32,000 bases of DNA from Candidatus Iainarchaeum sp. (GTDB lineage: Archaea; Iainarchaeota; Iainarchaeia; Iainarchaeales; VGJJ01). Made by a program: the position numbers and the translations under genes. The DNA is taken from the NCBI GenBank assembly GCA_030688545.1, contig JAUYHT010000006.1, forward strand, positions 270,001-302,000. Direction: 5' to 3'. The notes beneath the pieces are model-generated. The model saw only the letters and a list, made by a program, of their open reading frames with translations, did not search any database and was not told the origin of the DNA. Positions 24,414-31,990 of the stretch are shown piece by piece. Every line of letters starts with the position of its first letter. Within the stretch, counting starts at the first letter, position 1.

Positions 24414-24445
24414 TTTTTGAACAAACTATTTTAGAAAAAAAGTTT
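24414..24445 (-). terminator. Degenerate copy of the T-tract palindromic element directly 3' of the polB stop
   Basis: tttttgaacaaactattttagaaaaaaagttt, ending 3 nt from the polB TAA (24449-24451). Confidence 0.45.
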
Positions 24446-24448
24446 CTT

Positions 24449-26863
24449 TTAGTTAAACGCCCCCAGCCCGGTCTGTTTTCCTTGATTGCGCAAATCATGG
24501 GGGTCGTATCCCAGTTCCACGAGAATACGTTCGATGGCGGGTACAACTTGGTGGAGAATGTAGTATTCGGCGTCGTAGTCCCCTTCTTTCACGAATTCCT
24601 CGAGTTCGGCTTTCTCTGAAATGGTTTTTCCTTTGGTAGTTATGATGAACCCCAGCATGGCCCCCACTCGGATGTCTTTCCCCCGCTTCATGGCCTTGAG
24701 CGCGGCGGAGACATGGGGGGTTGTTGTAGCGTAGGATGAGGGACGGCGCTGCATCTGGGTGTGTACTACTAAATCCTTATTGGGAATTTTCCCTTCGCGG
24801 AGACGGGAAATAGTCAGTTGGACGGCTCTCAGCGCGGCCTCGGGATTCCCATTCACGAGGACTTCCTGGAGCACGGTCTTCTGCGTCTCCCGCGCAACCT
24901 TGGACCAGTCGCGCCGCACATACTCGAATCCAACGATCGTGAGTTGGTTGTCATAGTCCGCGAGGGCGTATCGTTTCTTGGCCGCGTGCCCCTCTTTCCT
25001 GGTGACAAAAAGCCCGCGCTTGTAGAGGCCTTCGAATTCCAGTTCCATAATGCCGGGCAGAGTTTTGTTTATTTTCTTCACGAGCGCGTGCATATCCTTT
25101 TCGTTTTTATCTGGTGGCAACAACAAAAATGCCGAATCTGTATCTGTGTAAATGGCAGTATATCCTTCTTTTTCAACATCCACAAGTGTCTTCTGAATAT
25201 AGTGCCGCGCCCACGCAGTAATAGCCCGGGCGGATTCGCGGGAGTACCAGCGGAAGCGTGGAAATCCGAGCGTCCCAAAGAAGGAGTTGAGCAGTATCTT
25301 CAACGCCTGCTTGCGTGCTTTCAGATTGGGCTGGCGCGGATCGTCTTTGGAAAGGGTATCCATTTCTTTCTGCACGGCGATGCGCTGGCGGAGGATATCA
25401 TCCATCACTGAGGCGACCAATCCTTTTTCTTTGGTGCAGAACCAGTGCCCCGTGGGGGCGCGGTTGGGGCCTTTCTGGCACTCCTTATGCGCACAATCCA
25501 GTGTCTCGGGGGAAATGTTGTGCGAGATCATAATACTTGGATACAGGGAGCGGAAGTCCAACACCGCCACGTGCGAATGCAAGCCGGCCGTGGGTTCCTT
25601 CACGTAACCCCCTTCGATGGGATTCTGGGTGCGGGCATTCACCTGTTCGTCCGTGGGGGGACTAGGGATGGGAATGTTTCGTGTTACACATTCGGCGAAA
25701 AGCACGGCCTCCACCAATTGGGAGGCGGTGGCGCGGCACGTATCCGAGACTGACAATCGGACGATTCTGGATATCTCGAGCAGGAGGGGAAGGAATTCCA
25801 GGGCGAGACGCTGGGTGAAAATAGTGTCATTGAGGTTGTAGAGGGCCAATTTTTCTAATCCTTTTTTGGTTTGCCAGATTTCGCGGATCTGAACATGGGT
25901 CAGCGTTTTCTCCCCTTCCCCGAAAACGGCCTGCATCACACTCCCCAAATCCAATTTCACGGTTTTGAGGGCCTGAAAACGATTCAAGAGGCGGGCGAGT
26001 TGCAACACATCCACGTGGGGCATCCCTTTTACCCGGGCTTCGTGCCCGCTGCCACGTCCCACGAGTTGGGGTTCACCAAATCCAAGGTCCAGGGACACCC
26101 CATGTTTCTGGGCGCGCGCCAGGAGAAAAGGAAAATCAAACCCATCACCATTGTAGGTGGCAATAATATCCACATTCGCGAGACGAAGGAATGTGATGAA
26201 TTGTTCGAGAAGATGTTTTTCATCCCGAACCAAAGTGGTTAGGTCATCCACATGCTGGGGCATGAACACTTTGTTTCCTTCAGGAGTGGTAATGGCAATG
26301 GAAATGATTTCATCCGCGTCAGAATTGGGCGAAGTCCCTAACCCACATGTTTCGATGTCGAAAGAAGCAACTCGCCAAGACGCGGGGGGTGAATCGAGGG
26401 AAGAAATTGAATGGATATCTCCTGTTTGGTTTAGCGTCAATTCAATTTTCTGATTGGGAATGAGTTTTTTATCCAGGAGATAACGCCGGGTGTAGGGGAT
26501 GTTATACTCATGCATCTCCTTCACATGAGGATAGCGGAGAATCAGCTCCCTCACCCCTAATAGGTCGGGAATGCGGTGGAAATCCAAGCGGATAAATACC
26601 TGGTTGGCTCGGGTGACTTTTTGGACGTGAGCAAGGCGGATACCTCCAGGGAACGTCTCATTTTCAAGGCTGGAAATCATTTCGGGAATGGGGAACCGGG
26701 AATCACATGTTATGTAGAAGTAAGGGGGGAATGTTCTATCCAGGAACAATTTCACCCCTCCCGGGGTGCGGACATATACCTCCACGACGCTCTTTCCCTG
26801 GTCTTCGTGCATCTGCACATCTAACAGCCACCCCTCCCCTGTTTCCTTGCTGCGCGAGGCCAT
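24449..26863 (-). CDS. polB: DNA polymerase, family B
   Basis: Exo I FDIETCG, Exo II YNGDGFDFPFL, Exo III YNLNDT. Pol motifs: A DFRSLYPSI, B KILLNSFFGTLG, C YTDTDS. 804 aa, no intein. Confidence 0.95.
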   Translation of the reverse strand: MASRSKETGEGWLLDVQMHEDQGKSVVEVYVRTPGGVKLFLDRTFPPYFYITCDSRFPIPEMISSLENETFPGGIRLAHVQKVTRANQVFIRLDFHRIPDLLGVRELILRYPHVKEMHEYNIPYTRRYLLDKKLIPNQKIELTLNQTGDIHSISSLDSPPASWRVASFDIETCGLGTSPNSDADEIISIAITTPEGNKVFMPQHVDDLTTLVRDEKHLLEQFITFLRLANVDIIATYNGDGFDFPFLLARAQKHGVSLDLGFGEPQLVGRGSGHEARVKGMPHVDVLQLARLLNRFQALKTVKLDLGSVMQAVFGEGEKTLTHVQIREIWQTKKGLEKLALYNLNDTIFTQRLALEFLPLLLEISRIVRLSVSDTCRATASQLVEAVLFAECVTRNIPIPSPPTDEQVNARTQNPIEGGYVKEPTAGLHSHVAVLDFRSLYPSIMISHNISPETLDCAHKECQKGPNRAPTGHWFCTKEKGLVASVMDDILRQRIAVQKEMDTLSKDDPRQPNLKARKQALKILLNSFFGTLGFPRFRWYSRESARAITAWARHYIQKTLVDVEKEGYTAIYTDTDSAFLLLPPDKNEKDMHALVKKINKTLPGIMELEFEGLYKRGLFVTRKEGHAAKKRYALADYDNQLTIVGFEYVRRDWSKVARETQKTVLQEVLVNGNPEAALRAVQLTISRLREGKIPNKDLVVHTQMQRRPSSYATTTPHVSAALKAMKRGKDIRVGAMLGFIITTKGKTISEKAELEEFVKEGDYDAEYYILHQVVPAIERILVELGYDPHDLRNQGKQTGLGAFN

Positions 26864-26898
26864 ACCTCTTTTTTAAGCCCCGACCGGTCTTTTAATCC
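26864..26898. promoter_or_regulatory. 35-bp bidirectional promoter spacer (polB and the 155-aa coiled-coil gene)
   Basis: Two opposed A/T boxes, ttttttaag (26870-26878) and ttaaaag on the minus strand (26890-26896). Each lies about 20-30 nt from the ATG it faces, implying very short or no leaders. Confidence 0.4.
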
Positions 26899-27366
26899 AT
26901 GCCCGACCCCCTCCCAGCCGGTTACCCGGCGCCTCCCCGCCCCCAAGGAGGGACGGATTACCTCTACACCCTCAACCGGGACCTCAAAGCCCTCAACGCC
27001 TCCGTCCTGGTCATCACCCAGAAGATCAAGTACCTCGTCCGCAACGAGAAAATACTCGGAAGAAATCTCATCATCATCAACAAGCGGGTCAAGGAACTCT
27101 CCACCTCCCTCGCCCAGACGCAAGGGGAAGGGATGTCCGATGAAACTAAACAACTCGTCTCTGACCTATCCCGCCAGGCGAGCGCCTTATCCTCCCAGCT
27201 CGTCCAACTGGAATCAAGGCTCGACACCCTCTCCCGCTCCGCCGCCAAGCAGGACGAGGTGAAAGAACTCAAATATATCATCGATGGGATGAACCCCTTG
27301 CATTACGTCACCCGCGAGCAAGTGGAAGAACTGATTGATAAGCGGTTGGGCGAACGGAAAAAATAA
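26899..27366 (+). CDS. Coiled-coil protein (155 aa), unknown function
   Basis: Pro-rich N-terminus MPDPLPAGYPAPPRPQGG, then heptad-like stretches (LNRDLKALNASVLVITQKIKYLVRNEKIL..., LSRQASALSSQLVQLESRLDTLSR). No family recognised. Confidence 0.6.
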   Translation: MPDPLPAGYPAPPRPQGGTDYLYTLNRDLKALNASVLVITQKIKYLVRNEKILGRNLIIINKRVKELSTSLAQTQGEGMSDETKQLVSDLSRQASALSSQLVQLESRLDTLSRSAAKQDEVKELKYIIDGMNPLHYVTREQVEELIDKRLGERKK

Positions 27367-27369
27367 ATC

Positions 27370-27536
27370 CTTTTTCCTAAAAAGCGTTCGTTTTTTTGAT
27401 CAAACTTCATCGTAAACACTATTTTCCGCCAACGCTTTTTCCAGCGGAAAAAGGGTTGTTACGATGCTCGCAAAACATAGTTTTGCTTGGTTTCCTAAAA
27501 AGTTTCTTTTGATGAAACTTTTTTTTAAAAAGTTCG
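27370..27536. repeat. Array of T-tract palindromic repeat units between convergent genes
   Basis: Units ctttttcctaaaaag-cgttcg-tttttttgatcaaa (27370-27404), ctttttcc-agc-ggaaaaag (27435-27453), tttcctaaaaagtttc-ttttgatgaaa (27491-27517) and cttttttttaaaaagttcg (27518-27536). Confidence 0.7.
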
Positions 27537-29078
27537 TTATGAGAACAAGAAGTCTCCCACCACGCGCTGGGAGTAGGTGTCTCTCAGGGTGACGCGGTAG
27601 TTTTTGCGGCCCACCAAAGCCACTCCGGCCTGGCGTCCGCCGATGACGGAGATTTGGGCGTCGCAGAGGTTGCGGACATTCTGCGGGAGATCGATGCCGT
27701 GGGCTGAAGAGAGGATAAACCCCACGTCCTGGGTGTTGCTCTCGCTCAACAGCCGTTCCAGTTCCCGGTGCAAGGCGGGTTCCCGGCGGGGGTCGAATAG
27801 GGGCATGGCCTCTGGAATGACAATGAGGGATTTCATTCTATCGGATACTCCTTTCCGGGTGTACCAGGAATAGATCCCCTTCATGATGGTGTACACCAGG
27901 AGGTTGCGCAGGCGCGGGGGGGTATGAGGCAGACGCACAACTCCTATTCGTCCGATGGATTGGAACCAGCTCTTGGATATCTCCTCAATAGGATTGGTCC
28001 CGTCGAATAGTTTGGGGAATGTTTGGTCCAATAGGGTAAGGAGTCGTATGAGGCTGTTGATCTGGAAGGAGGAGAATGTGTCCGAGGGGGGGAGTTGTCT
28101 CAAAATGCGCACCCCTTCGTCAATGGAGGTCACGGAATGCTCGCGCAGAAATCGAGCGAGGTGCAATCCCAATTCATGATGCTCCAATCCCAGTATTTCC
28201 ACCATGGCCTCAGGAGGAACAGTTGAGAGTTCGATCTTCAAATTTTCGAAAGGCAGGAATTCCTTCAGGGGAAAACCAATGGGGTCCCCTTCAATCTTTT
28301 GCATGTGCAACGTGTCCGCGCTCGCGTTGGGATTGCGCATGACCGAGAATGTGTTGTTCCAGTCCATTATGACCACGGGGATGTTGGAGAATAAGGCCCC
28401 TTCCGCGATGACCTGAAGCACGTGTTCCCGGTGCTCTTTCCGCCCCCCTTCCACAAGGGTTTTCTTGAAGAAGAGAATGGGTTCCTTCACTAGCAATCCT
28501 GCTTGGGTCGTTCCCAATATGAATTCCCCGGGAAGCGCCCCGCTATGCGCTTGCGGCGTGCGAATAGTCTGATCCCCCTCGCGGGAATAGTGGGCACTCG
28601 TGGCGAGCATGGGAATGAGCATGGGCGCGCTGAAGAAGGCATTCCGCACCTTCTCATTGGTCTGGGCTAATGGGGTCATCTGGATGTCATAGGCCCGTGC
28701 CACTTCTTTCAGCAGGGAGTTCCCCACCTCTATTTTCTTGAGAAGTATATCCGTCTGCTCGAGCACGATGCCCTCCTCCCACGCCACCGACACGGGGTCG
28801 CTGCCCAATATGAGAAAGGTATGCGTCTCGTCCACGCTGTGTTTAGTCCATACCAATAAGTCCCGTGGCAGGGTTTGAACAAACCCCCGGACATCTCCAG
28901 TGGCCTCGTACACCTGGTAGAATTCGCACGTGGCTTGGGTGAATGTTCCCCCTTCCGGGTGCAGGGTTTGGATGTAGATCCATTTTTCGGGGCTCGTGTA
29001 CACCTCGAGTGACTGATCCTGGATATTCCCTTTCAGGAGCAGCGACCAGGGTCCTTGGGCGATCTTGAACAACGGCAT
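27537..29078 (-). CDS. HerA/FtsK-superfamily (DUF87-like) P-loop NTPase homolog with degenerate Walker motifs; function unknown
   Basis: 513 aa. TLVEGGRKEH...VVIMDWNNTF sits where HerA has GxTGSGKS...hhhhDPHGEY. SLIVIPEAM sits where the Walker B hhhhDEAH lies. DVGFILSSAHGIDLPQNVRNLCDAQISV resembles the HerA GhhhhhsQRP..VLSQC block. By-eye alignment only. Confidence 0.45.
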   Translation of the reverse strand: MPLFKIAQGPWSLLLKGNIQDQSLEVYTSPEKWIYIQTLHPEGGTFTQATCEFYQVYEATGDVRGFVQTLPRDLLVWTKHSVDETHTFLILGSDPVSVAWEEGIVLEQTDILLKKIEVGNSLLKEVARAYDIQMTPLAQTNEKVRNAFFSAPMLIPMLATSAHYSREGDQTIRTPQAHSGALPGEFILGTTQAGLLVKEPILFFKKTLVEGGRKEHREHVLQVIAEGALFSNIPVVIMDWNNTFSVMRNPNASADTLHMQKIEGDPIGFPLKEFLPFENLKIELSTVPPEAMVEILGLEHHELGLHLARFLREHSVTSIDEGVRILRQLPPSDTFSSFQINSLIRLLTLLDQTFPKLFDGTNPIEEISKSWFQSIGRIGVVRLPHTPPRLRNLLVYTIMKGIYSWYTRKGVSDRMKSLIVIPEAMPLFDPRREPALHRELERLLSESNTQDVGFILSSAHGIDLPQNVRNLCDAQISVIGGRQAGVALVGRKNYRVTLRDTYSQRVVGDFLFS

Positions 29079-29147
29079 GGGGATTCCAACGGAAGAGGTT
29101 TTTTATAGCAGGGTTGGTTCCTATTTAAAGCGCACGCGAGGCTGGCC
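29079..29147. promoter_or_regulatory. 69-bp bidirectional promoter spacer (HerA-like gene and the 201-aa coiled-coil gene)
   Basis: Opposed A/T boxes: tataaaaaac on the minus strand (about 29099-29108) and tatttaaag (about 29124-29132). Confidence 0.4.
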
Positions 29148-29753
29148 ATGGTCAATGACGAAATCATCCTCAACACCATTCGCAAGATGCAGGACGCGGG
29201 TCTCTCGGATAACATCATCCGTTCTACTCTTTCTGACCTGGGGTTGGGCAACGAGCAGGTCCAATCCTTCCTCTCCCGCGCGGGAATAAAAGACTCATCC
29301 CAAGGTCTTTCCTTTCCGGCCTCCCCCCCTCCTCCCTTATCTGAAAAACCCAATACGGCTTCCAGGGGAGAATCCAACCCTTCCTTGTCAGAAGCCGACC
29401 ACGAGGCCATCGCTTCCCGCACGAGCGAAGTGTTGCAGCAGCAGATGGCCCATCGGGAACAGTCCATACAAAATGAGCATTCCCTGCGTGACAGCATCAC
29501 CCATTTGGCACTGGAACAGCACGGCGAACAATTGAAGGACACCCACTCCGCGGTGGTCGAGCTCCATGACCGGCTGGACGGGATGAATATCGATACCCTT
29601 TCTTCCCGCCTCGCTGGATTAGGCACGCGCACGGATGTCATCGCCAATGACGTATCCGAAATTAAATCCCGCATGGGGGCTTTGAATGCCCTGATGCAGA
29701 AAGTCCTTGAGACGGAACAGAAACTCTTGTTCGGGAGCAAGGACAAGAAATAG
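29148..29753 (+). CDS. Coiled-coil protein (201 aa) with a small helical N-domain and a Pro/Ser linker, unknown function
   Basis: MVNDEIILNTIRKMQDAGLSDNIIRSTLSDLGLGNEQVQSFLSRAG, then PASPPPPLSEKPNTAS, then a long heptad-like C-terminal half. The antisense 243-aa ORF is Cys/Ser/Arg-rich and judged spurious. Confidence 0.6.
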   Translation: MVNDEIILNTIRKMQDAGLSDNIIRSTLSDLGLGNEQVQSFLSRAGIKDSSQGLSFPASPPPPLSEKPNTASRGESNPSLSEADHEAIASRTSEVLQQQMAHREQSIQNEHSLRDSITHLALEQHGEQLKDTHSAVVELHDRLDGMNIDTLSSRLAGLGTRTDVIANDVSEIKSRMGALNALMQKVLETEQKLLFGSKDKK

Positions 29754-29793
29754 CCTTTAGTCATTTGCCCCCGATGTTCTTTTCGACAGAATA

Positions 29794-29961
29794 TTTTTCT
29801 AAACCGTTTTCTTGTAAATTTTTTCTAGGTCGTTTTTGATCGCCCTTTTTTCTAAAAGGAGGGTTTTTGATCAAACTTTTTCCCAAAAAGTTTGATGAGG
29901 AAGCTTTTTTCTGAGTCGATTTTTTGATAAAACTTTTTCCTAAAAAGTTTTTAAAAAAGTT
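29794..29961. repeat. Six tandem degenerate 25-31-nt units of the T-tract palindromic repeat between convergent genes
   Basis: Units start at 29794, 29819, 29845, 29876, 29904 and 29933, with consensus about CTTTTTTCTAAAAAG-N-TTTTTGATCAAA. Perfect palindromes: tcaaacttttt-ccc-aaaaagtttga (29871-29895) and aaacttttt-cct-aaaaagttt (29930-29950). Confidence 0.8.
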
Positions 29962-30366
29962 TCATTTGAAGAGCTTGTGTAGCCCGTCCCAGAATTGTTC
30001 CGCCATGGTGGCGAGGGCGTGCATGGGTTGGGGGATGTTCCATTGGTAATTGTATGCGTCCTTATAGGATTTGGCTCCTTTGGGGAGGATGGTTTCTTGG
30101 GTCTTCTCCGAGAGGGCTTTTCCTATGTTTTCGAATGTCCCTTTGGGATGGCTTCCTTTCGCCGCTTCCATGGCGTGGTATTCCTCCTCGTATATTTTTT
30201 TGGCCTTTTCAATCCCTTTTTTGGCCCCTCGGGTAATCGTCCGAGTGGAATAGAAAACCATGTACACGAGAAATAGCAGGCCGCCTGCGATTAGCCAGAA
30301 TAGGTTTCCCGTCGCCGCGAGCGCCACGAGAATGACTAATAGCAGAATCCATCCTCCCTCACTCAT
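29962..30366 (-). CDS. Small membrane protein (134 aa: two N-terminal TM helices plus a soluble Lys-rich domain)
   Basis: Third gene of a tight operon. Its ATG (30366) overlaps the upstream stop in TAATG. Confidence 0.6.
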   Translation of the reverse strand: MSEGGWILLLVILVALAATGNLFWLIAGGLLFLVYMVFYSTRTITRGAKKGIEKAKKIYEEEYHAMEAAKGSHPKGTFENIGKALSEKTQETILPKGAKSYKDAYNYQWNIPQPMHALATMAEQFWDGLHKLFK

Positions 30367-30731
30367 TAGTGGCCGCCCCCCATGCCTCCAAATCCACCCA
30401 TTCCTCCTCCCATGCCGCCGCCCATACCCCCATCCATTCCCTGGAGCATCGCCAGCATGTCGGGGGACATCGCGGCCTGTTCCTCCGAAGGCTTCACTCC
30501 CACAAAATAGGCCAATCCCACGAGCGCCACGACGACATAGAGTAATTCTCCTTTCAGCGCCCCCCCGAAGATGAAAAATACGACCCCTGTCACGAGCGTG
30601 AGCAATATTCCCGGAATTGAGCGTAGGCTGATGAGCAAAAATACGAGGATGGCGAGGCTCAGCCAGATCTGGCTGTATTGCATGGTGAAGGCCAGCAGGA
30701 ACACCGCCACCGCGTACGTGAAGGAGTCCAT
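30366..30731 (-). CDS. Small polytopic membrane protein (121 aa) with a C-terminal (GGGM)n tail
   Basis: About 4 TM helices, then ...MLAMLQGMDGGMGGGMGGGMGGFGGMGGGH*, verified codon by codon on the minus strand. Confidence 0.6.
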   Translation of the reverse strand: MDSFTYAVAVFLLAFTMQYSQIWLSLAILVFLLISLRSIPGILLTLVTGVVFFIFGGALKGELLYVVVALVGLAYFVGVKPSEEQAAMSPDMLAMLQGMDGGMGGGMGGGMGGFGGMGGGH

Positions 30732-30738
30732 GCGTCGT

Positions 30739-30981
30739 TCACTTCCCGAAGACGTTCACTTTGGTGAAAACGTCTTTTCCGAATGTAGCGAAAGCCCATA
30801 AAAAAACGAGCCCCCACACGAGCTCGGGAAACTGGTAAAACGTGAGGAACATGATTACAAGGGCCGTGACGAAAGCGAGCTTGGTGCTCCCCACATTTCC
30901 TTTGGCCCAGTTGTAGATCCAGATGAATAGGAATATGGTGATGGCCAATTGGACGTTTTCCGTGAGGGATTGGAGGAGCAT
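30739..30981 (-). CDS. Small membrane protein (80 aa)
   Basis: First gene of the three-gene operon. AGGAG lies 4-5 nt upstream of the ATG and a TATA-like cttaaataagg about 35 nt upstream. There is a 7-nt gap to the next gene. Confidence 0.55.
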   Translation of the reverse strand: MLLQSLTENVQLAITIFLFIWIYNWAKGNVGSTKLAFVTALVIMFLTFYQFPELVWGLVFLWAFATFGKDVFTKVNVFGK

Positions 30982-31039
30982 GCGCTCCTATTTTGGACGA
31001 AATCCCCTTATTTAAGGGAATGGTCATTTTGGAGAAAAG

Positions 31040-31774
31040 TTATCCGGAGGCGGCCTCGTCGTAGCGGGAAAAACGTCCTCTCCCTCGTCCCCCATTCCCA
31101 CCCATGCGGGGTCGGCGTTTGCGCGCACCATCGTCATCCCCTTCCCGCACCGGGTGTTCGAACTCTTCGGGCGTCCTGGTAAAGGATTCTTCATCCGCGA
31201 TCTTTCCCGTTCCGATTAAATAGCCCCGGGCCAGGAGCCAATAGATGAGGGCCAGGGATTTGCGCCCTTTATTGTTCACGGGAAGAACCACATCGATGTT
31301 TCTGAGTTCATTGTTCGTTGATGCTAATGCCACTACAGCTGCCCGGGCGAGGGAGGCTTCTTGGATGGCTTGCACATCGGACTCTGGTTCGGTGATGATG
31401 ACCACTTTGGGTTGTAAAAATTCCTTCCCTTCGGGATTGGTAAATGTTCCGGGCACGAATCGTCCGGTGAGCGCGCGGCATCCGATGGTCGCGGCGAATT
31501 CTTCAACCGGTGTTTTCCCATACATCTTTCGGCTGACCACAATAATTTCATGCGGGGCATACCGGGAGAGGAATTGTCCCACGTGCTTGACGCGTTGGTC
31601 AATCATCTGGATATCCAGCACTTTTAGCCCGTCCCGACGCTGTTTGTAGATGTACTTTCCCATATCCCCTGATTTGAATCGGGCGCCGATGTGGGCACCG
31701 GAAGTAAGGTATTTCTCCATGAGGGGATTAGTCCCGACGGGGGTGTTCTGGATATCATCTTGTTTGTCAGTCAT
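31040..31774 (-). CDS. rps2: 30S ribosomal protein uS2 (archaeal type) with an RGG-rich C-terminal extension
   Basis: LTSGAHIGARFKSGDMGKYIY, LTGRFVPGTFTNP, VVALASTNNELRNIDVVLPVNNKGRKSLALIYWLLAR. The tail is ...RKRRPRMGGNGGRGRGRFSRYDEAASG. The ORF begins at TTG 31780, with the first ATG at 31774. Confidence 0.9.
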   Translation of the reverse strand: MTDKQDDIQNTPVGTNPLMEKYLTSGAHIGARFKSGDMGKYIYKQRRDGLKVLDIQMIDQRVKHVGQFLSRYAPHEIIVVSRKMYGKTPVEEFAATIGCRALTGRFVPGTFTNPEGKEFLQPKVVIITEPESDVQAIQEASLARAAVVALASTNNELRNIDVVLPVNNKGRKSLALIYWLLARGYLIGTGKIADEESFTRTPEEFEHPVREGDDDGARKRRPRMGGNGGRGRGRFSRYDEAASG

Positions 31775-31780
31775 CGGCAA

Positions 31781-31975
31781 TCACACGTTATATCGCATCA
31801 CGTCATCGATTAATTCGACATGACTGCGGAGCATTCGTCGGCAACAATACCTTGTTATCCCCAATTCTTGGAAAATATCTTCCCATTTCTCTCCCTTCTT
31901 GACACGGGATTGAATTTCGTCATGGTATCCCGCGACGGGTTTTCCGCATGAGAAGCATCGTACTGGCATGATCAT
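31781..31975 (-). CDS. rpoN: DNA-directed RNA polymerase subunit N (Rpo10)
   Basis: MIMPVRCFSCGKPV...ITRYCCRRML zinc-binding pattern, 64 aa. GGAGGG lies 6 nt upstream of the ATG. Confidence 0.9.
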   Translation of the reverse strand: MIMPVRCFSCGKPVAGYHDEIQSRVKKGEKWEDIFQELGITRYCCRRMLRSHVELIDDVMRYNV

Positions 31976-31990
31976 ATGGTTCCCTCCGAA

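Noticed and set aside
29033-29764. 243-aa minus-strand ORF covering the whole 29148-29753 gene
   Set aside because: Its Cys/Ser/Arg-rich composition is typical of an antisense frame. It also overlaps the HerA-like gene start. The plus-strand frame gives a protein-like sequence with domain structure and its own TATA-like box.
29794-29961. Regularly spaced ~28-nt repeats that at first glance look like a small CRISPR array
   Set aside because: The units abut without unique spacers, are mutually degenerate and are A/T low-complexity palindromes. No cas genes or leader-like region are present in the window.
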